Positions 31,214 through 41,715 of a DNA stretch of 64,000 nt are shown here, piece after piece. Every line of letters starts with the position of its first letter. The stretch's first letter is position 1. Source of the DNA: Geopsychrobacteraceae bacterium (GTDB lineage: Bacteria; Desulfobacterota; Desulfuromonadia; Desulfuromonadales; Geopsychrobacteraceae). The DNA is taken from positions 1,504,001 to 1,568,000 of the forward strand of contig OY759353.1 of NCBI GenBank assembly GCA_963662315.1. Reading direction: 5' to 3'. Position numbers and translations under genes: made by a program. The notes under the pieces are model-generated. The model did not search any database and was not told the origin of the DNA. It was given only the letters and a program-made list of their open reading frames with translations.

Positions 31214-31450
31214 AGTGGCTTTCCTGTTGGTTGGCAATCAGCCCTGAAGATACCAAAGATACAGAATAACGGAAACAAAAAGACTCCCCATTGTTAAATT
31301 TCTGACAACCAGTTGTCACTCTTTTCAACGTACAGGAATCACCAGAGGGATGACTCAGACGCACACCCTTGACTTGCAACGAAGATTAGACTACTCGTAA
31401 GGGACAATCTATTATGAACAGTTCAGTTTTTGGGATCTGGAGGATATATA

Positions 31451-31834
31451 ATGAAGGAAATCGAGGTTGTCATCTACCAGCGTCATTTCATCAAAGCGTG
31501 GCAATATGAGTTTAATCCTGCGGCCATTAAAAACCTGGTTCAGCAGCTTGACCAGGAGTATCAAAGCGCCCAGGTCAGGGTTTCATTCGGAGGTGAGGAA
31601 AAAACCAGCGTACAGGTAGGAGGATATAGCGATATTCTCAACGCCATCCGCTTGCGCACAACAGGACCAGGCGCAGTCAATCATTGCTTGGGACATATTT
31701 TAGGTGAAAGTAAAAATTGCGATCTGCTCGAAGACATCCGTCGCGGCATCAGCAAACTGGCCTTTGCACCTGAAACAATCATGCCCGAAGAGGCGCATCG
31801 CAAGGTTTGTCATAACTGTGGCTGTGGCTGCTGA
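31451..31834 (+). CDS. Hypothetical protein with C-terminal CHNCGCGC motif
   Basis: GGAGG RBS before ATG 31451; 127 aa; fills the gap between dnaB and the ABC operon. Confidence 0.75.
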   Translation: MKEIEVVIYQRHFIKAWQYEFNPAAIKNLVQQLDQEYQSAQVRVSFGGEEKTSVQVGGYSDILNAIRLRTTGPGAVNHCLGHILGESKNCDLLEDIRRGISKLAFAPETIMPEEAHRKVCHNCGCGC

Positions 31835-32054
31835 CCAAAAAGCTAAGCTACAAGCCGCGAAGATCCTCTTAGTGCATAAAAACAGCCAACAACCAATCCT
31901 TTCCTGAGTGAGGATACCCAAAAGGACTATGGGAAAATAGTTGACATGAACGGTTCCTGCCTTGTTGTCTTTCAGACGAATCGTCATAAATATCCCTTTC
32001 ATAGGGCACAATCCGCCTAAAAGAGTCATTTCCCCTTAAAGCATGTCATTCCCA

Positions 32055-33740
32055 TTATCTATCAACGACTTCCATTTTCGAAAATCTGTTCCCCAATACG
32101 GCAGCAAGAATAACCAGCAGCGATGAAATAAAAATCATGATGATTCCAAGCGCTGATAGTTGTCCCCAAAGTCCGTCTTCAGCAAAACGCAAGATCTGCA
32201 CAGCAAGAACCTCAGTGCCTGGACGCGAAAGCACAACGGATAAAGTCAACTCGCGCAAGAACATGCTTGCCATCAATATCCACCCCGAAACGATACCGGG
32301 AATCAGAAGCGGAACAATAATCCGACGTAGCGTATAAAAAGGGGTCCCGCCGCAAACACGAGACGATTCTTCAAGAGAACTGTGAATCTGGATAAAGGCG
32401 CTGGAAAGTGGGCGGATACCGTAAGGCAAGTAGGTTGCAATGTAGCCAATCAGCAATGCTGTCAGGGTACCGTAGAGAGGGGTACGCACAAAAAACCACA
32501 TAAAGCCGACCCCGATTACGATGCCGGGAAAGGAAAAAGAAAGGAAGCTGAGAGATTCGAGGATTCCGGAAGCAGTGGTGCGGATCTTGACGATAACGTA
32601 AGACACAAAGATCGACAGAATCGTTCCCAGGGTCGCTCCAATCACACCAAGAAAGAGACTATTTTTCAGGGAAAGCAGAGAGATGGGGTCATGCAGTATC
32701 TCTATCCAGTTGTTCCAGGACATCATCGAAAAAGCACGAAAACTTGGAGGCATCGAGTATGGCAGCATAGAGATATAAAAGAGGACAATGACCGGCAGCA
32801 GGATAAGAACGAAGGAGAGAATTCCAACAATAATCAACAGCGGATATTTTCCCTTTTTCAAGCGCAGCAAAGTCGGCTTGAACCCGCGACTGGAAATGGT
32901 GACAAATTTGCCGCTTTCTGCGGTCAGGTAACGGTAGATGTAGATCAGAGTGATCGATGCTGCCAGGGCACTCATACCGATTGCTGCAGCCATGCCATAA
33001 TCAGCAGCAAACCCACTTGAGATATTGCGATAGATATGGGTGGAGAGGACATATATGCGTCCCGGCATGCCAATCACCGAAGGAACGGCGAATGATGCCA
33101 GACTTCTGACAATCACCAGAATCGCCGAGGCAAGTATGGCCGGACGCAAAACCGGCAAGGTCACCTTGATCAAGGTGCGCAGGTTTGAAGCACCGCAAAC
33201 TTTCGACGACTCCTCCAGGGAAATATCAAAGGCGCTCATCGCTGGAGCAATAATCAAGTAAGCGATCGGTAGATCAAGAAGTCCCTCGACGAGAATCATG
33301 CCTTTGAGCGAATACACGTTAAACATGGCATGCCGGACCTCAAATAGATCCATAAAGAGACGATTAAGAATACCGTTGCTCGGGTTCAGCAGCAAAACCC
33401 AGCTGGCCGAAAAGAGGATGTGGGGGATCATCATCGGGATAATCGAAATAATTTTGAAGATAAATTTGAACGGCAGGTCGGTGCGTGTATTCACGTAGGC
33501 CAGAAACAGGGCAAGCAGTGTCGCGTGCAGTGCCGAGCCAACCGTAAAAATAGCAGTATTTAGCAAGATAGCGAAAAAATCAGGATCGCTATAGGCAGAG
33601 ATATACTTAGCCGTTGTGAACTGGCCAAAGCTGACGAAATCCTTTGAGAAACTGCCGAGCAGCAGCATGATGACCGGGCACAAGGTCAGAAAACCAACAA
33701 TAATGATCAGGGTCGTGGTCAAAGTTGGTTTTTTAAACAT
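32055..33740 (-). CDS. ABC transporter permease, FbpB/ThiP-like (duplicated TMD)
   Basis: About 12 TM; two EAA-like loops (LEESSKVCGA, LEESSRVCGG). Confidence 0.88.
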   Translation of the reverse strand: MFKKPTLTTTLIIIVGFLTLCPVIMLLLGSFSKDFVSFGQFTTAKYISAYSDPDFFAILLNTAIFTVGSALHATLLALFLAYVNTRTDLPFKFIFKIISIIPMMIPHILFSASWVLLLNPSNGILNRLFMDLFEVRHAMFNVYSLKGMILVEGLLDLPIAYLIIAPAMSAFDISLEESSKVCGASNLRTLIKVTLPVLRPAILASAILVIVRSLASFAVPSVIGMPGRIYVLSTHIYRNISSGFAADYGMAAAIGMSALAASITLIYIYRYLTAESGKFVTISSRGFKPTLLRLKKGKYPLLIIVGILSFVLILLPVIVLFYISMLPYSMPPSFRAFSMMSWNNWIEILHDPISLLSLKNSLFLGVIGATLGTILSIFVSYVIVKIRTTASGILESLSFLSFSFPGIVIGVGFMWFFVRTPLYGTLTALLIGYIATYLPYGIRPLSSAFIQIHSSLEESSRVCGGTPFYTLRRIIVPLLIPGIVSGWILMASMFLRELTLSVVLSRPGTEVLAVQILRFAEDGLWGQLSALGIIMIFISSLLVILAAVLGNRFSKMEVVDR

Positions 33741-33748
33741 GCGAGGAC

Positions 33749-34834
33749 CTATGACGCCAGCAGAAAGCAGTGATCTGGATCGAAGGAGACGGAAATAGTG
33801 TCCCCTTCACGAAAATCAGCAGTCGGTTCGACAGTGGTCGTCAAGACCGTTTCGCCGATGCGGATCTCCCCTTCATAGGCTTCACCGATAAAAATCAGCG
33901 TTTCAACACGGCCACGGTAACTGTTTCGCTCGTCCCGCTGCTCCTTGGCCAGGCGGATAAATTCCGGCCTGACACAGAGAAAGGCCTGCTGGCCAACCGG
34001 CAGCTGTTGGCGGTTAAGGGCGCGCACCGGACCGATTTCAGAGGAAAACAGGGCATGGTCTCCTGCGAGCTGCTCCACAGTCCCCTTAATCAGGTTGGCA
34101 CGACCGATAAAGTCAGCAACGAACTGGCTATCAGAGTTGAAATAGATCTTCTTCGGCTCGGCGATTTCGACAATCTTCCCGGCCCGCATGACCGCAATCA
34201 GGTCGGACAGGGCAAGCGCCTCGATCCGGTCGTGGGTAACATAGATAGCGGTGATCTGGAGCTCGGTCAGAAAGCTGCGCAACTCCTTCCGCGTTTCCTC
34301 ACGTAGTTTGGCGTCAAGGTTGCTTAGGGGCTCATCGAAAAGAATGACCTTGGGTTCAGCGACCAGAGCACGGGCCAGAGCAACACGCTGCTGCTGACCA
34401 CCACTCAGTTTGGTTGCTGGGCGTTTCTCGAAACCGGACAACTGGACGAAATCCAGCACTCGGGCGACCTTCTTCTGGATGTCATCTCTGCCCATTTTCC
34501 GCGTTTGCAAAGGATATGCGACATTGTCGAAGACATTCATATGGGGCCAGATGGCATAAGTCTGAAACACCATACCGAGCCCACGCCGTTCCGGCGGAAC
34601 AAAGATATTTTTCTCCTTCGACCAAACCAGGTCATCGCCAATATAAATTTCACCGCCATCCGGAACCTCAAGACCGACTATACAGCGTAACAGTGTGGTC
34701 TTACCGCAGCCACTGGGTCCAAGCAGGGTAAAAATACGGTTGGCGGGAACGGTCAGATCGACGTGATCGAGGGCCTTGATCTGCTTTCCCTCGGAGTAAT
34801 AAGTTCTCACCAGGTTGTTTACACGAATGTCCAT
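33749..34834 (-). CDS. ABC transporter ATP-binding protein, FbpC/PotA-like with TOBE domain
   Basis: GPSGCGKT, LSGGQQQR, DEPLSNLD, THD. Start at ATG 34834. Confidence 0.92.
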   Translation of the reverse strand: MDIRVNNLVRTYYSEGKQIKALDHVDLTVPANRIFTLLGPSGCGKTTLLRCIVGLEVPDGGEIYIGDDLVWSKEKNIFVPPERRGLGMVFQTYAIWPHMNVFDNVAYPLQTRKMGRDDIQKKVARVLDFVQLSGFEKRPATKLSGGQQQRVALARALVAEPKVILFDEPLSNLDAKLREETRKELRSFLTELQITAIYVTHDRIEALALSDLIAVMRAGKIVEIAEPKKIYFNSDSQFVADFIGRANLIKGTVEQLAGDHALFSSEIGPVRALNRQQLPVGQQAFLCVRPEFIRLAKEQRDERNSYRGRVETLIFIGEAYEGEIRIGETVLTTTVEPTADFREGDTISVSFDPDHCFLLAS

Positions 34835-34907
34835 AAGACTCCAATGCAATTGGCCGGAGCACAAACGCACTTGCCCCGGCCTCAATCAGGCAAATGATCG
34901 TGGAGAG

Positions 34908-35885
34908 CTATTGATAGAAAATCTTCTGGAACTCATTTCCCCAGTGGCGAATTTCCGCATCGGAAAGCTCGCGAATCGGCAAAACCTTGACCTTGTCGAT
35001 GCCTGCGATTGGTGGATAGACTCCGGGAGTAAGAACATACTCACCAACCTTGTCTGCCAGCAACTGCATGGCCTTCTTGCTCAGCCAATAATCGACAAAC
35101 TGCTTCGCTCCTGACGGATTCGGCGCCTTAGCCGCCATTGCCATCGCTCGGGTTGTTCCGAATAGGGTGTCAACACGTGCCCAGTCAAGCGGAGCCGGAG
35201 CCTTGGTGATGATGTACTTGGGCATCGAAATACCAAGCAGCTTTTCACCACTGGCGATGGGCGCCGGAGACGGCCCGAACGATTTAACAAACATCGGCTT
35301 GTTGGCAGCCAAGCCCTTGATAAATTTCATCCACCCAGCATCGTCGCCAAAAATCTTGGCTTCCTTGAGGCCAACCAGCCATGAGATCGTCGTCGCATGA
35401 GATGCGGGATCAGGCATCACCAATTTGTCGTACCACTTGGGATCAATCATGTCCATGTAACGTGTCGGTACATCTTCAGGCTTGACCAGTTCCTTATTAT
35501 AGATTGGCGCGACATATTCGATACCAAACTGGATGATGGTATCGTCTTCCGTTGCCCAGGCTGGATAACCAGCGGCAGAGGGGGATTTATATGGTGCAAG
35601 CACTCCCTTCTCTTTTAACATCTGGAGGATCGGCAGGGGCCCTTGCAAAACATCGGCTTGTAATTTCTGGGCAGAAAACTCCGTCAAAACGGTGGCCAGA
35701 TATTTAGCTGTTGAAATTCGGGTGTAGATCCCTTCCTGGGCGTTCTGGCCTGAATTAAAATCAGCCATAATGGGTTCAATTGCTGTGATATTCGCGTAAA
35801 GATTGACTTTATCCGCAGCAAAAAGCGTGGAGCACAGTCCAAAAAGCAGGGTAAGGCCAAGGAGCACAACAACCATTTTCTTCAT
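34908..35885 (-). CDS. ABC periplasmic solute-binding protein (Fe3+/thiamine/polyamine cluster)
   Basis: Signal peptide; YNKELV, APNPSGAKQFVDYWLS. Substrate unknown. Confidence 0.85.
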   Translation of the reverse strand: MKKMVVVLLGLTLLFGLCSTLFAADKVNLYANITAIEPIMADFNSGQNAQEGIYTRISTAKYLATVLTEFSAQKLQADVLQGPLPILQMLKEKGVLAPYKSPSAAGYPAWATEDDTIIQFGIEYVAPIYNKELVKPEDVPTRYMDMIDPKWYDKLVMPDPASHATTISWLVGLKEAKIFGDDAGWMKFIKGLAANKPMFVKSFGPSPAPIASGEKLLGISMPKYIITKAPAPLDWARVDTLFGTTRAMAMAAKAPNPSGAKQFVDYWLSKKAMQLLADKVGEYVLTPGVYPPIAGIDKVKVLPIRELSDAEIRHWGNEFQKIFYQ

Positions 35886-36099
35886 GACGATTCTCCTTTT
35901 GTCATCAGTCGTGATCAGAAAAATGCTTGTAACAAGGCTATGGACGAAAAGATACGTCGATTTAATTAACAGGGCATTTGAAATTCAGTTTAGCAGATAA
36001 GTTCAAGGTTAAAAGAAACCACGTGTTTTTTTGATCCAGAGATGCAGAACCATCTTCTTAAGCAGTACCTGATCAATAATTAGAAAGGAATTTTTATAT

Positions 36100-36136
36100 A
36101 AAAAGCCCTTTCCGATTTCTCGGAAAGGGCTTTTTT
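36100..36136 (-). terminator. Terminator after the lactate dehydrogenase operon
   Basis: AAAAGCCCTTTCCGA...TCGGAAAGGGCTTTT perfect stem, flanked by A/T runs. Confidence 0.85.
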
Positions 36137-36160
36137 CATACACATTTCAACTCAACAAAA

Positions 36161-37453
36161 TCAGGCAACCTTCCCCTGTTTTTGCGGTTTAACGACCTGC
36201 TCGTAATATTCGACCAGCGGGTGCGATGTTTTCAAGGCATTTCCTTCTGTCATATTGGCATCGGTCAGGTTCATTGCACAACCCGGGCAGGCCGTGAACA
36301 GGTGATCGAACCCGCGTTCTTTGATCTCAGAAGCTTTCTTCTTACCGATCTCCTTGGTATGAGGATAATTCTTCAGCGAAAAGGTACCGCCGAAGCCACA
36401 ACAGCTCTGGTTCTGAAGATCTTTGTAATCAGTATCAAAATTGTCCTTGATAAACTGCTTAAGAACACCCTCTTTTCCTGCTTTGTAGTGGCAAGGCACG
36501 TGCAGGGTGGTACTACCCGGCAGCTTGACTTTTTTATCAAGCTTGATTTTGAGAACCTCCGCCATATAGAGTACGACATCCATCACCTGCTTACCGCGGG
36601 TCCGGCCGGTCTCCTTTTCACCCAGAGTGCCAAGACCATATTCGCAGGTCGGGCAGCACATCAAAATGGTGTCGGCATCGGTAATTGAGTTAAAATAATC
36701 GAAATTGTCATTGACCTGGTCACGGTAGATACCAAGTTCCCCCATCGTTGCCGACGGGATACCGCAGCACTTGTTGGTTTCTGGAACATAGACGGAGACA
36801 CCATGGTGCAGCAGGGTCTCGATAATGGCAACACCCCAGTGAACATAGATGAGAGTGGTGGCACAACCAGGATAGAAAATGACCCGGTGTTTTTCGTTTT
36901 TGGCCTGATTAAAGCCACCGTAAATGCTGGTCAGAGCTTTGGCAGGCATATCGATAACGTGACGTTTGGTCATGTCTCCTATGATGCCACCGAAAACCTC
37001 ATACGGTTTAAAAACACCATCTTCAATTTTCTTGGTACCAATGCGCAGCCCCATATGAAACAAGGGGCTCATGGTTGCCAACAGCTTCGGATGCCCCATG
37101 GCCACCTTCAGGGCAACTTTCTGCCAAGCCGGTAATTTTTTGACCTTGCGCAGAATGCTTTTGGCCTTCAAAAAGATTTCGTCGGTCTTGACACCGGAAG
37201 GACAGTTGTTTTTACAACGACCACACAGAATACAGTAATCGACGTATTTGAAGATCTCTTCAACCTTCTCCAGTTTGCCTTCCATCAGCGCATCGATCAT
37301 ATAGATCTTGCCGCGAGCAACAGCAGATTCATTGCCATCTTTTTTGTACAGTGGACAAACCGACTGACAGGTACCACAGCGACAGCACTGAATCAGTATA
37401 TCTTCAAGCTCTTTAAGCTCACGAACACAATTCTCTACGGCTGAATTCCCCAT
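36161..37453 (-). CDS. glcF: GlcF-like Fe-S subunit of D-lactate/glycolate dehydrogenase
   Basis: Two CxxCxxCxxxCP motifs plus two CCG domains. Confidence 0.8.
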   Translation of the reverse strand: MGNSAVENCVRELKELEDILIQCCRCGTCQSVCPLYKKDGNESAVARGKIYMIDALMEGKLEKVEEIFKYVDYCILCGRCKNNCPSGVKTDEIFLKAKSILRKVKKLPAWQKVALKVAMGHPKLLATMSPLFHMGLRIGTKKIEDGVFKPYEVFGGIIGDMTKRHVIDMPAKALTSIYGGFNQAKNEKHRVIFYPGCATTLIYVHWGVAIIETLLHHGVSVYVPETNKCCGIPSATMGELGIYRDQVNDNFDYFNSITDADTILMCCPTCEYGLGTLGEKETGRTRGKQVMDVVLYMAEVLKIKLDKKVKLPGSTTLHVPCHYKAGKEGVLKQFIKDNFDTDYKDLQNQSCCGFGGTFSLKNYPHTKEIGKKKASEIKERGFDHLFTACPGCAMNLTDANMTEGNALKTSHPLVEYYEQVVKPQKQGKVA

Positions 37454-37463
37454 TACGAACTCC

Positions 37464-38840
37464 TTACAGGCCCTGCTTATGAGGGTTCAGAAGATTCTTC
37501 GGATCAACACCTCGCTTAATCGACTTCATGTAGTTGATCGTCCCTTGACCAACCTCATCGACCATAAAAGCTTGCTTGGCCAGCCCGATACCATGCTCAC
37601 CGGAACAGGTTCCGCCAAGGCTTAATGCAGCGTCGAACATTTCAGCGACACCGGCATGGACCCGCTTCATTTCATCAGCATCCCGCTTATCACAGAGAAT
37701 GGTCGGATGAAGATTACCATCACCGGCGTGACCAAAAGTACCAATCATCAAACCATGCTTTTCTTTGATCACATCAAGAGCCTTGAGGAAATCAGGGATT
37801 TTGGTACGAGGAACGGTAGCGTCTTCAAGAACCATGGTTGGACGCAGACGAGCCAGAGAAGACAGTGATTTACGCCGCCCTTCCCACAGAGCCTCACGCT
37901 CTTCAGCCGTTTTTGCCAGGGTGATATCGCCATTATTTTCAGCGCAAACCTTCTGCACGATAGCAAACTCTTCCTCGACAACAGCAGGATGCCCGTCAAC
38001 TTCAATAAGTAGCAGCGCTGCGGCATCAGTCGGCAATGGTGTACCGGTTGCTTCATGAACGGTTTTAATGGTGTAGTTATCCATTAATTCCATGGTTGCG
38101 GGCAGAACATGGCCACGGATAATTCCGGATACCGTATTACCGGCATCAATAATGTCATTAAAAGCAACCAGCATGGCTTTACTGGCTTTGACCGGTGGAA
38201 TCAGCTTGAGGATACACTCGGTAATGATGCCCAGTTGCCCTTCGGACTGGGACATCAGACCCGTCAGGTTAAAACCGGTACACAGCTTGACCGTTTTTCC
38301 GCCGCCTTTAACAACGTTACCGTCCATATCACAGAAGGTGACGCCCATAACATAATCCTTGGTCACCCCATATTTAAGCCCACGCAAACCACCGGCATTC
38401 TCAGCAATGTTTCCCCCGATAGTGGACATTTTCTGAGAACCTGGATCGGGGGGATAGAACAAACCAGCAGCAGTGACAGCGTTGGCAAACTCAAGGGTAT
38501 TGCAACCTGGCTGAACAACGGCATACATGTCGTCGGTATTGATCTCAAGAATCTTGTTCATTTTGTTCATCAGCAAAACACAGCCCCCAGCAACCGGAAT
38601 GGTCGAACCAGCAAGGTTGGTGCCGGAGCCACGGGTAATCAAAGGAAGATTGTTATCATTGCAGAGCTTACAAACAGCGGCAACTTCTTCGGTAGATTCA
38701 GGACGCACAACAACGTCGGGAAGAACCGGTTCTTCAACAGAAGAATCAAAACTGTAAAGAGCCAGATCCGTCGGCTGGTCCCAGTAATCATCTTCTCCGA
38801 CAATTGATTTGAATTTAGCCAAAACATCCTTTGCAACCAT
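37464..38840 (-). CDS. glcD: GlcD-like FAD-linked D-lactate/glycolate dehydrogenase subunit
   Basis: RGSGTNLAG, PPDPGS, GGNIAENAGG, KYGVT, GHAGDGNLH, GEHGIG. Confidence 0.88.
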   Translation of the reverse strand: MVAKDVLAKFKSIVGEDDYWDQPTDLALYSFDSSVEEPVLPDVVVRPESTEEVAAVCKLCNDNNLPLITRGSGTNLAGSTIPVAGGCVLLMNKMNKILEINTDDMYAVVQPGCNTLEFANAVTAAGLFYPPDPGSQKMSTIGGNIAENAGGLRGLKYGVTKDYVMGVTFCDMDGNVVKGGGKTVKLCTGFNLTGLMSQSEGQLGIITECILKLIPPVKASKAMLVAFNDIIDAGNTVSGIIRGHVLPATMELMDNYTIKTVHEATGTPLPTDAAALLLIEVDGHPAVVEEEFAIVQKVCAENNGDITLAKTAEEREALWEGRRKSLSSLARLRPTMVLEDATVPRTKIPDFLKALDVIKEKHGLMIGTFGHAGDGNLHPTILCDKRDADEMKRVHAGVAEMFDAALSLGGTCSGEHGIGLAKQAFMVDEVGQGTINYMKSIKRGVDPKNLLNPHKQGL

Positions 38841-38945
38841 ATCCGCGTCCCTTTCCTCACTAAAAGCTTATGAATATACCGATTTCTATTATGCCTGCGC
38901 CAACATTCATTGCCGCAGGCATTCGTTGTCTCAAATATAATGCTA

Positions 38946-41096
38946 TTAAATTTCCAAAGCCTCAGCCAACAGCTCAATGGTATGCTTGGCTTTAACTGCA
39001 CCACCACGCTTTTCCATAGCTCCGGATAACATGATCTTGCACCCTGGGCAGTCCATTACGACCGTATCCGCACCAGTATTTTCGATGTCAGTAGCCTTAT
39101 CCCCGGTAATCGCTTTGGAGATAGGCGGATGGCTAAGGAAGGAATAAGACCCCCCAAAGCCACAACAGCGATCAGGACGCTTCATCTCAACCAAGTCTTT
39201 ACCCATTGCCGTAAGCAGTTCTCGTGGCTGTTCTGACACGCCGGAACCACGCTTTAAGTGGCAGGAGTCATGATAGGTCACTGTTCCCTTGGCGTTAAGT
39301 TTCTTGAATTCATCTGTCGCACCCAGGACATCAACGATATACGCTGAAGCATCCATAACTTTAGCGGCAACCTGTTGTGCCTTAGCTGCGTATTCACTGT
39401 CTGCGTCAAGAACCTCGGCAAAATCTTTGCGCAATGCCATGGTACAGGTCGGGCACACGGTCAGAATGTAATCCGGCTCGCCATCAAGCAGGCATGACAG
39501 ATTCTGTTGTGCCAATTCCGTCATCGTCTCGCGGTCTCCGGAGTACAGTGCAGGAATACCGCAACAGGTTTGCTCGTCAGGGAACATAACTTCGACGCCC
39601 AAATAATTAAGCACCTTAACCAATGAGGTGCCCAGCTCTGGGTAGATAAAATCAGCGCCACATCCTGCGAACAGGGTCACCTTACCTTTGCGCTTGGTAA
39701 TGTTCTGCTTAATTTTAGGAAACTGATCGCGCAAGCTTTTCTCGGCAATGGTCGGCAAAGTCCGCCATTCGGTATAGGAGGAGAAAAACAGGGGCAGGTG
39801 CCTGATGGTTTTTTCGCCGCCGGTCACGGGTTTCTGCAGCAAACTGGCAGCACGCACCATAGTGTGAAACAGGCGACGGTTGCGCATCAACTTACGGAAA
39901 GCCATATCTTTGATGAAACCGATGCCTTCTTTTTCTGCGACTTTAGACCGCAGATGCAGAATGATCGATTCCAGGTCGATTTTACTGGGGCAGATGGCGA
40001 CACATGAACGGCAACCGATACAGGCCTTAACAAGCTCAGCAGCCTTATCAATCCCCTCATAAAACGCGGTCAGAATAACACCAATAGCGCTGATATAAAT
40101 GCTACCATAGACGTGACCGCCAACACTCTGATAGACCGGGCAAACGTTGGCACACGCGCCACAGCGAATGCAGCGCAACGCATCTTGACAATGCTCGTCG
40201 ACTGCCATAGCGCTACGCCCATTATCAACCAAAACAATATGCTGCTCTTTTTCCTGACCGTCATGCGGTACCGCGCCACGAATCCAGGTTCCATAAGACG
40301 TCATGGGCTGACCGGTGGCATTTTTAGGCAGGATACGCATGATCCGGGCCGCATCCTCAATTTTTGGCACGACCTTTTCAATACCACTGATAGCAACGTG
40401 AATCTTGGGAATAGTACTTACCAGTCGAGCGTTCCCTTCATTGGTAACCAGGGCCATCCCACCGGTTTCAGCAATCAGAATATTAGCGCCACTGATACCC
40501 ATATCGGCTTCGAAATAGCCTTCACGCAATTCTTTACGGGCGATGCGCACCAGTTCATTGATGTCGTCGGTTTCCGGTTCGCCGGTCGCCTTGGCAAACA
40601 ACTCGCCAATCTGATCACGGAACATGTGAATTGCGGGCATGACCATATGACTGGGCCGGTGATCGGCAAGCTGAATGATCCATTCGCCAAGGTCGGTTTC
40701 CAGAGGACTGATACCTGCGCCAGCCAGAGCTTTATTCAGGTGCGTCTCCTCACTGACCATACTTTTACTCTTTACAACCTTCTTAACGCCACGCTGTTTG
40801 GCCAGGTTGATAATGTAGTTGTTCGCATCATCAGCATCTTTAGCGATATAGACTTTACTGCCGGCAGCTTCGGCATTTTTGATAAACTCAGCAAGCAGTG
40901 CCTCACGATTTTCCAGGGAAAAATCCTTCATCTCCGCAATTTCGCTACGCATGGCTTCAAAATCATAACCTGCAAAAGCATTGGCACGGGAAACAACATA
41001 AGCGTCACCAAAAGTGTGTAATGCCGCCTGAAGACGTTCATCGTGCAGGGCCTTATCGATCTTCTTCTTGTATTCTTTACTGCGTTGACTCATCAC
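38946..41096 (-). CDS. ldhH: L-lactate dehydrogenase large subunit (LutB/LldF fused to a CCG domain; LdhH/LldH)
   Basis: KSKSMVSEE, ETDLGEWIIQL, PSHMVMPAIH, NEGNAR, two 4Fe-4S motifs, two C-terminal CCG domains. Confidence 0.88.
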   Translation of the reverse strand: MMSQRSKEYKKKIDKALHDERLQAALHTFGDAYVVSRANAFAGYDFEAMRSEIAEMKDFSLENREALLAEFIKNAEAAGSKVYIAKDADDANNYIINLAKQRGVKKVVKSKSMVSEETHLNKALAGAGISPLETDLGEWIIQLADHRPSHMVMPAIHMFRDQIGELFAKATGEPETDDINELVRIARKELREGYFEADMGISGANILIAETGGMALVTNEGNARLVSTIPKIHVAISGIEKVVPKIEDAARIMRILPKNATGQPMTSYGTWIRGAVPHDGQEKEQHIVLVDNGRSAMAVDEHCQDALRCIRCGACANVCPVYQSVGGHVYGSIYISAIGVILTAFYEGIDKAAELVKACIGCRSCVAICPSKIDLESIILHLRSKVAEKEGIGFIKDMAFRKLMRNRRLFHTMVRAASLLQKPVTGGEKTIRHLPLFFSSYTEWRTLPTIAEKSLRDQFPKIKQNITKRKGKVTLFAGCGADFIYPELGTSLVKVLNYLGVEVMFPDEQTCCGIPALYSGDRETMTELAQQNLSCLLDGEPDYILTVCPTCTMALRKDFAEVLDADSEYAAKAQQVAAKVMDASAYIVDVLGATDEFKKLNAKGTVTYHDSCHLKRGSGVSEQPRELLTAMGKDLVEMKRPDRCCGFGGSYSFLSHPPISKAITGDKATDIENTGADTVVMDCPGCKIMLSGAMEKRGGAVKAKHTIELLAEALEI

Positions 41097-41116
41097 TACT
41101 CTCCCGTCAGCGGTTA

Positions 41117-41680
41117 TCAGGCTTCCAGCGGATCACTGGAAATTCCATTCATCATAAGAATGTGTAATTCACGAGGACCGTGAACCCCGATGGTCAGGAC
41201 GCGCTCAATGTCCGCGGTGCGACTCGGTCCGGTAATAAAGGCTACATAATTCTTAGGATCACGCTGATGGAAAGCGCGCATCGGTTGAGCAGCAGCAATA
41301 GCATCAGGCAAGACCTTGGCAGGATCAAAAACCACAAAGTGCTTTTCAGCAAGCATGGTTGCCAACCGTACATTCTCATCAGTACTTTCCAGAGCCAGAG
41401 TCCCTGAATCACTGATGGCAAAATTGGCACTGGTCACTGCAACCGGAACATCTTTGGCCACAGCCCGGAAATCATTATCAACTACTGTCACATTTGCAGC
41501 TTTGAGAGCCTGTTTGACACCCAGACGCTCAAGGGTTACAGAAGCGGGGAGCATACAAGCGCCCTTACTTTTCTTCATGATGTAAGCAACAATCTCAGAG
41601 ACATCTTTCACTTCGACAATCTCTGCCCCTACACGACTTGCCACAGAGTTAAATTGATCTACACACTCAATGTTCTCCAC
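41117..41680 (-). CDS. lutC: LutC/LldG lactate utilisation protein
   Basis: ITGPSRTADIERVLTIGVHGP; GTG start after GAGGAG. Confidence 0.9.
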   Translation of the reverse strand: MENIECVDQFNSVASRVGAEIVEVKDVSEIVAYIMKKSKGACMLPASVTLERLGVKQALKAANVTVVDNDFRAVAKDVPVAVTSANFAISDSGTLALESTDENVRLATMLAEKHFVVFDPAKVLPDAIAAAQPMRAFHQRDPKNYVAFITGPSRTADIERVLTIGVHGPRELHILMMNGISSDPLEA

Positions 41681-41698
41681 ACAAAACTCCTCTCGGTG

Positions 41699-41715
41699 AA
41701 TTGGTCATACCATTT
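41699..41715. promoter_or_regulatory. GntR/FadR-family (LldR/PdhR-like) operator
   Basis: AATTGGTcatACCATTT, just upstream of the lutC RBS. Confidence 0.7.

Noticed and set aside
31832..31846. TGA after CGCGC as a possible selenocysteine codon
   Set aside because: Read-through gives only PKS then TAA, and no SECIS-like hairpin is visible.
35886..36100. Riboswitch or Fur box ahead of the Fe/thiamine-like ABC importer
   Set aside because: No TPP, cobalamin or Fur consensus could be recognised, so the substrate is left unassigned.
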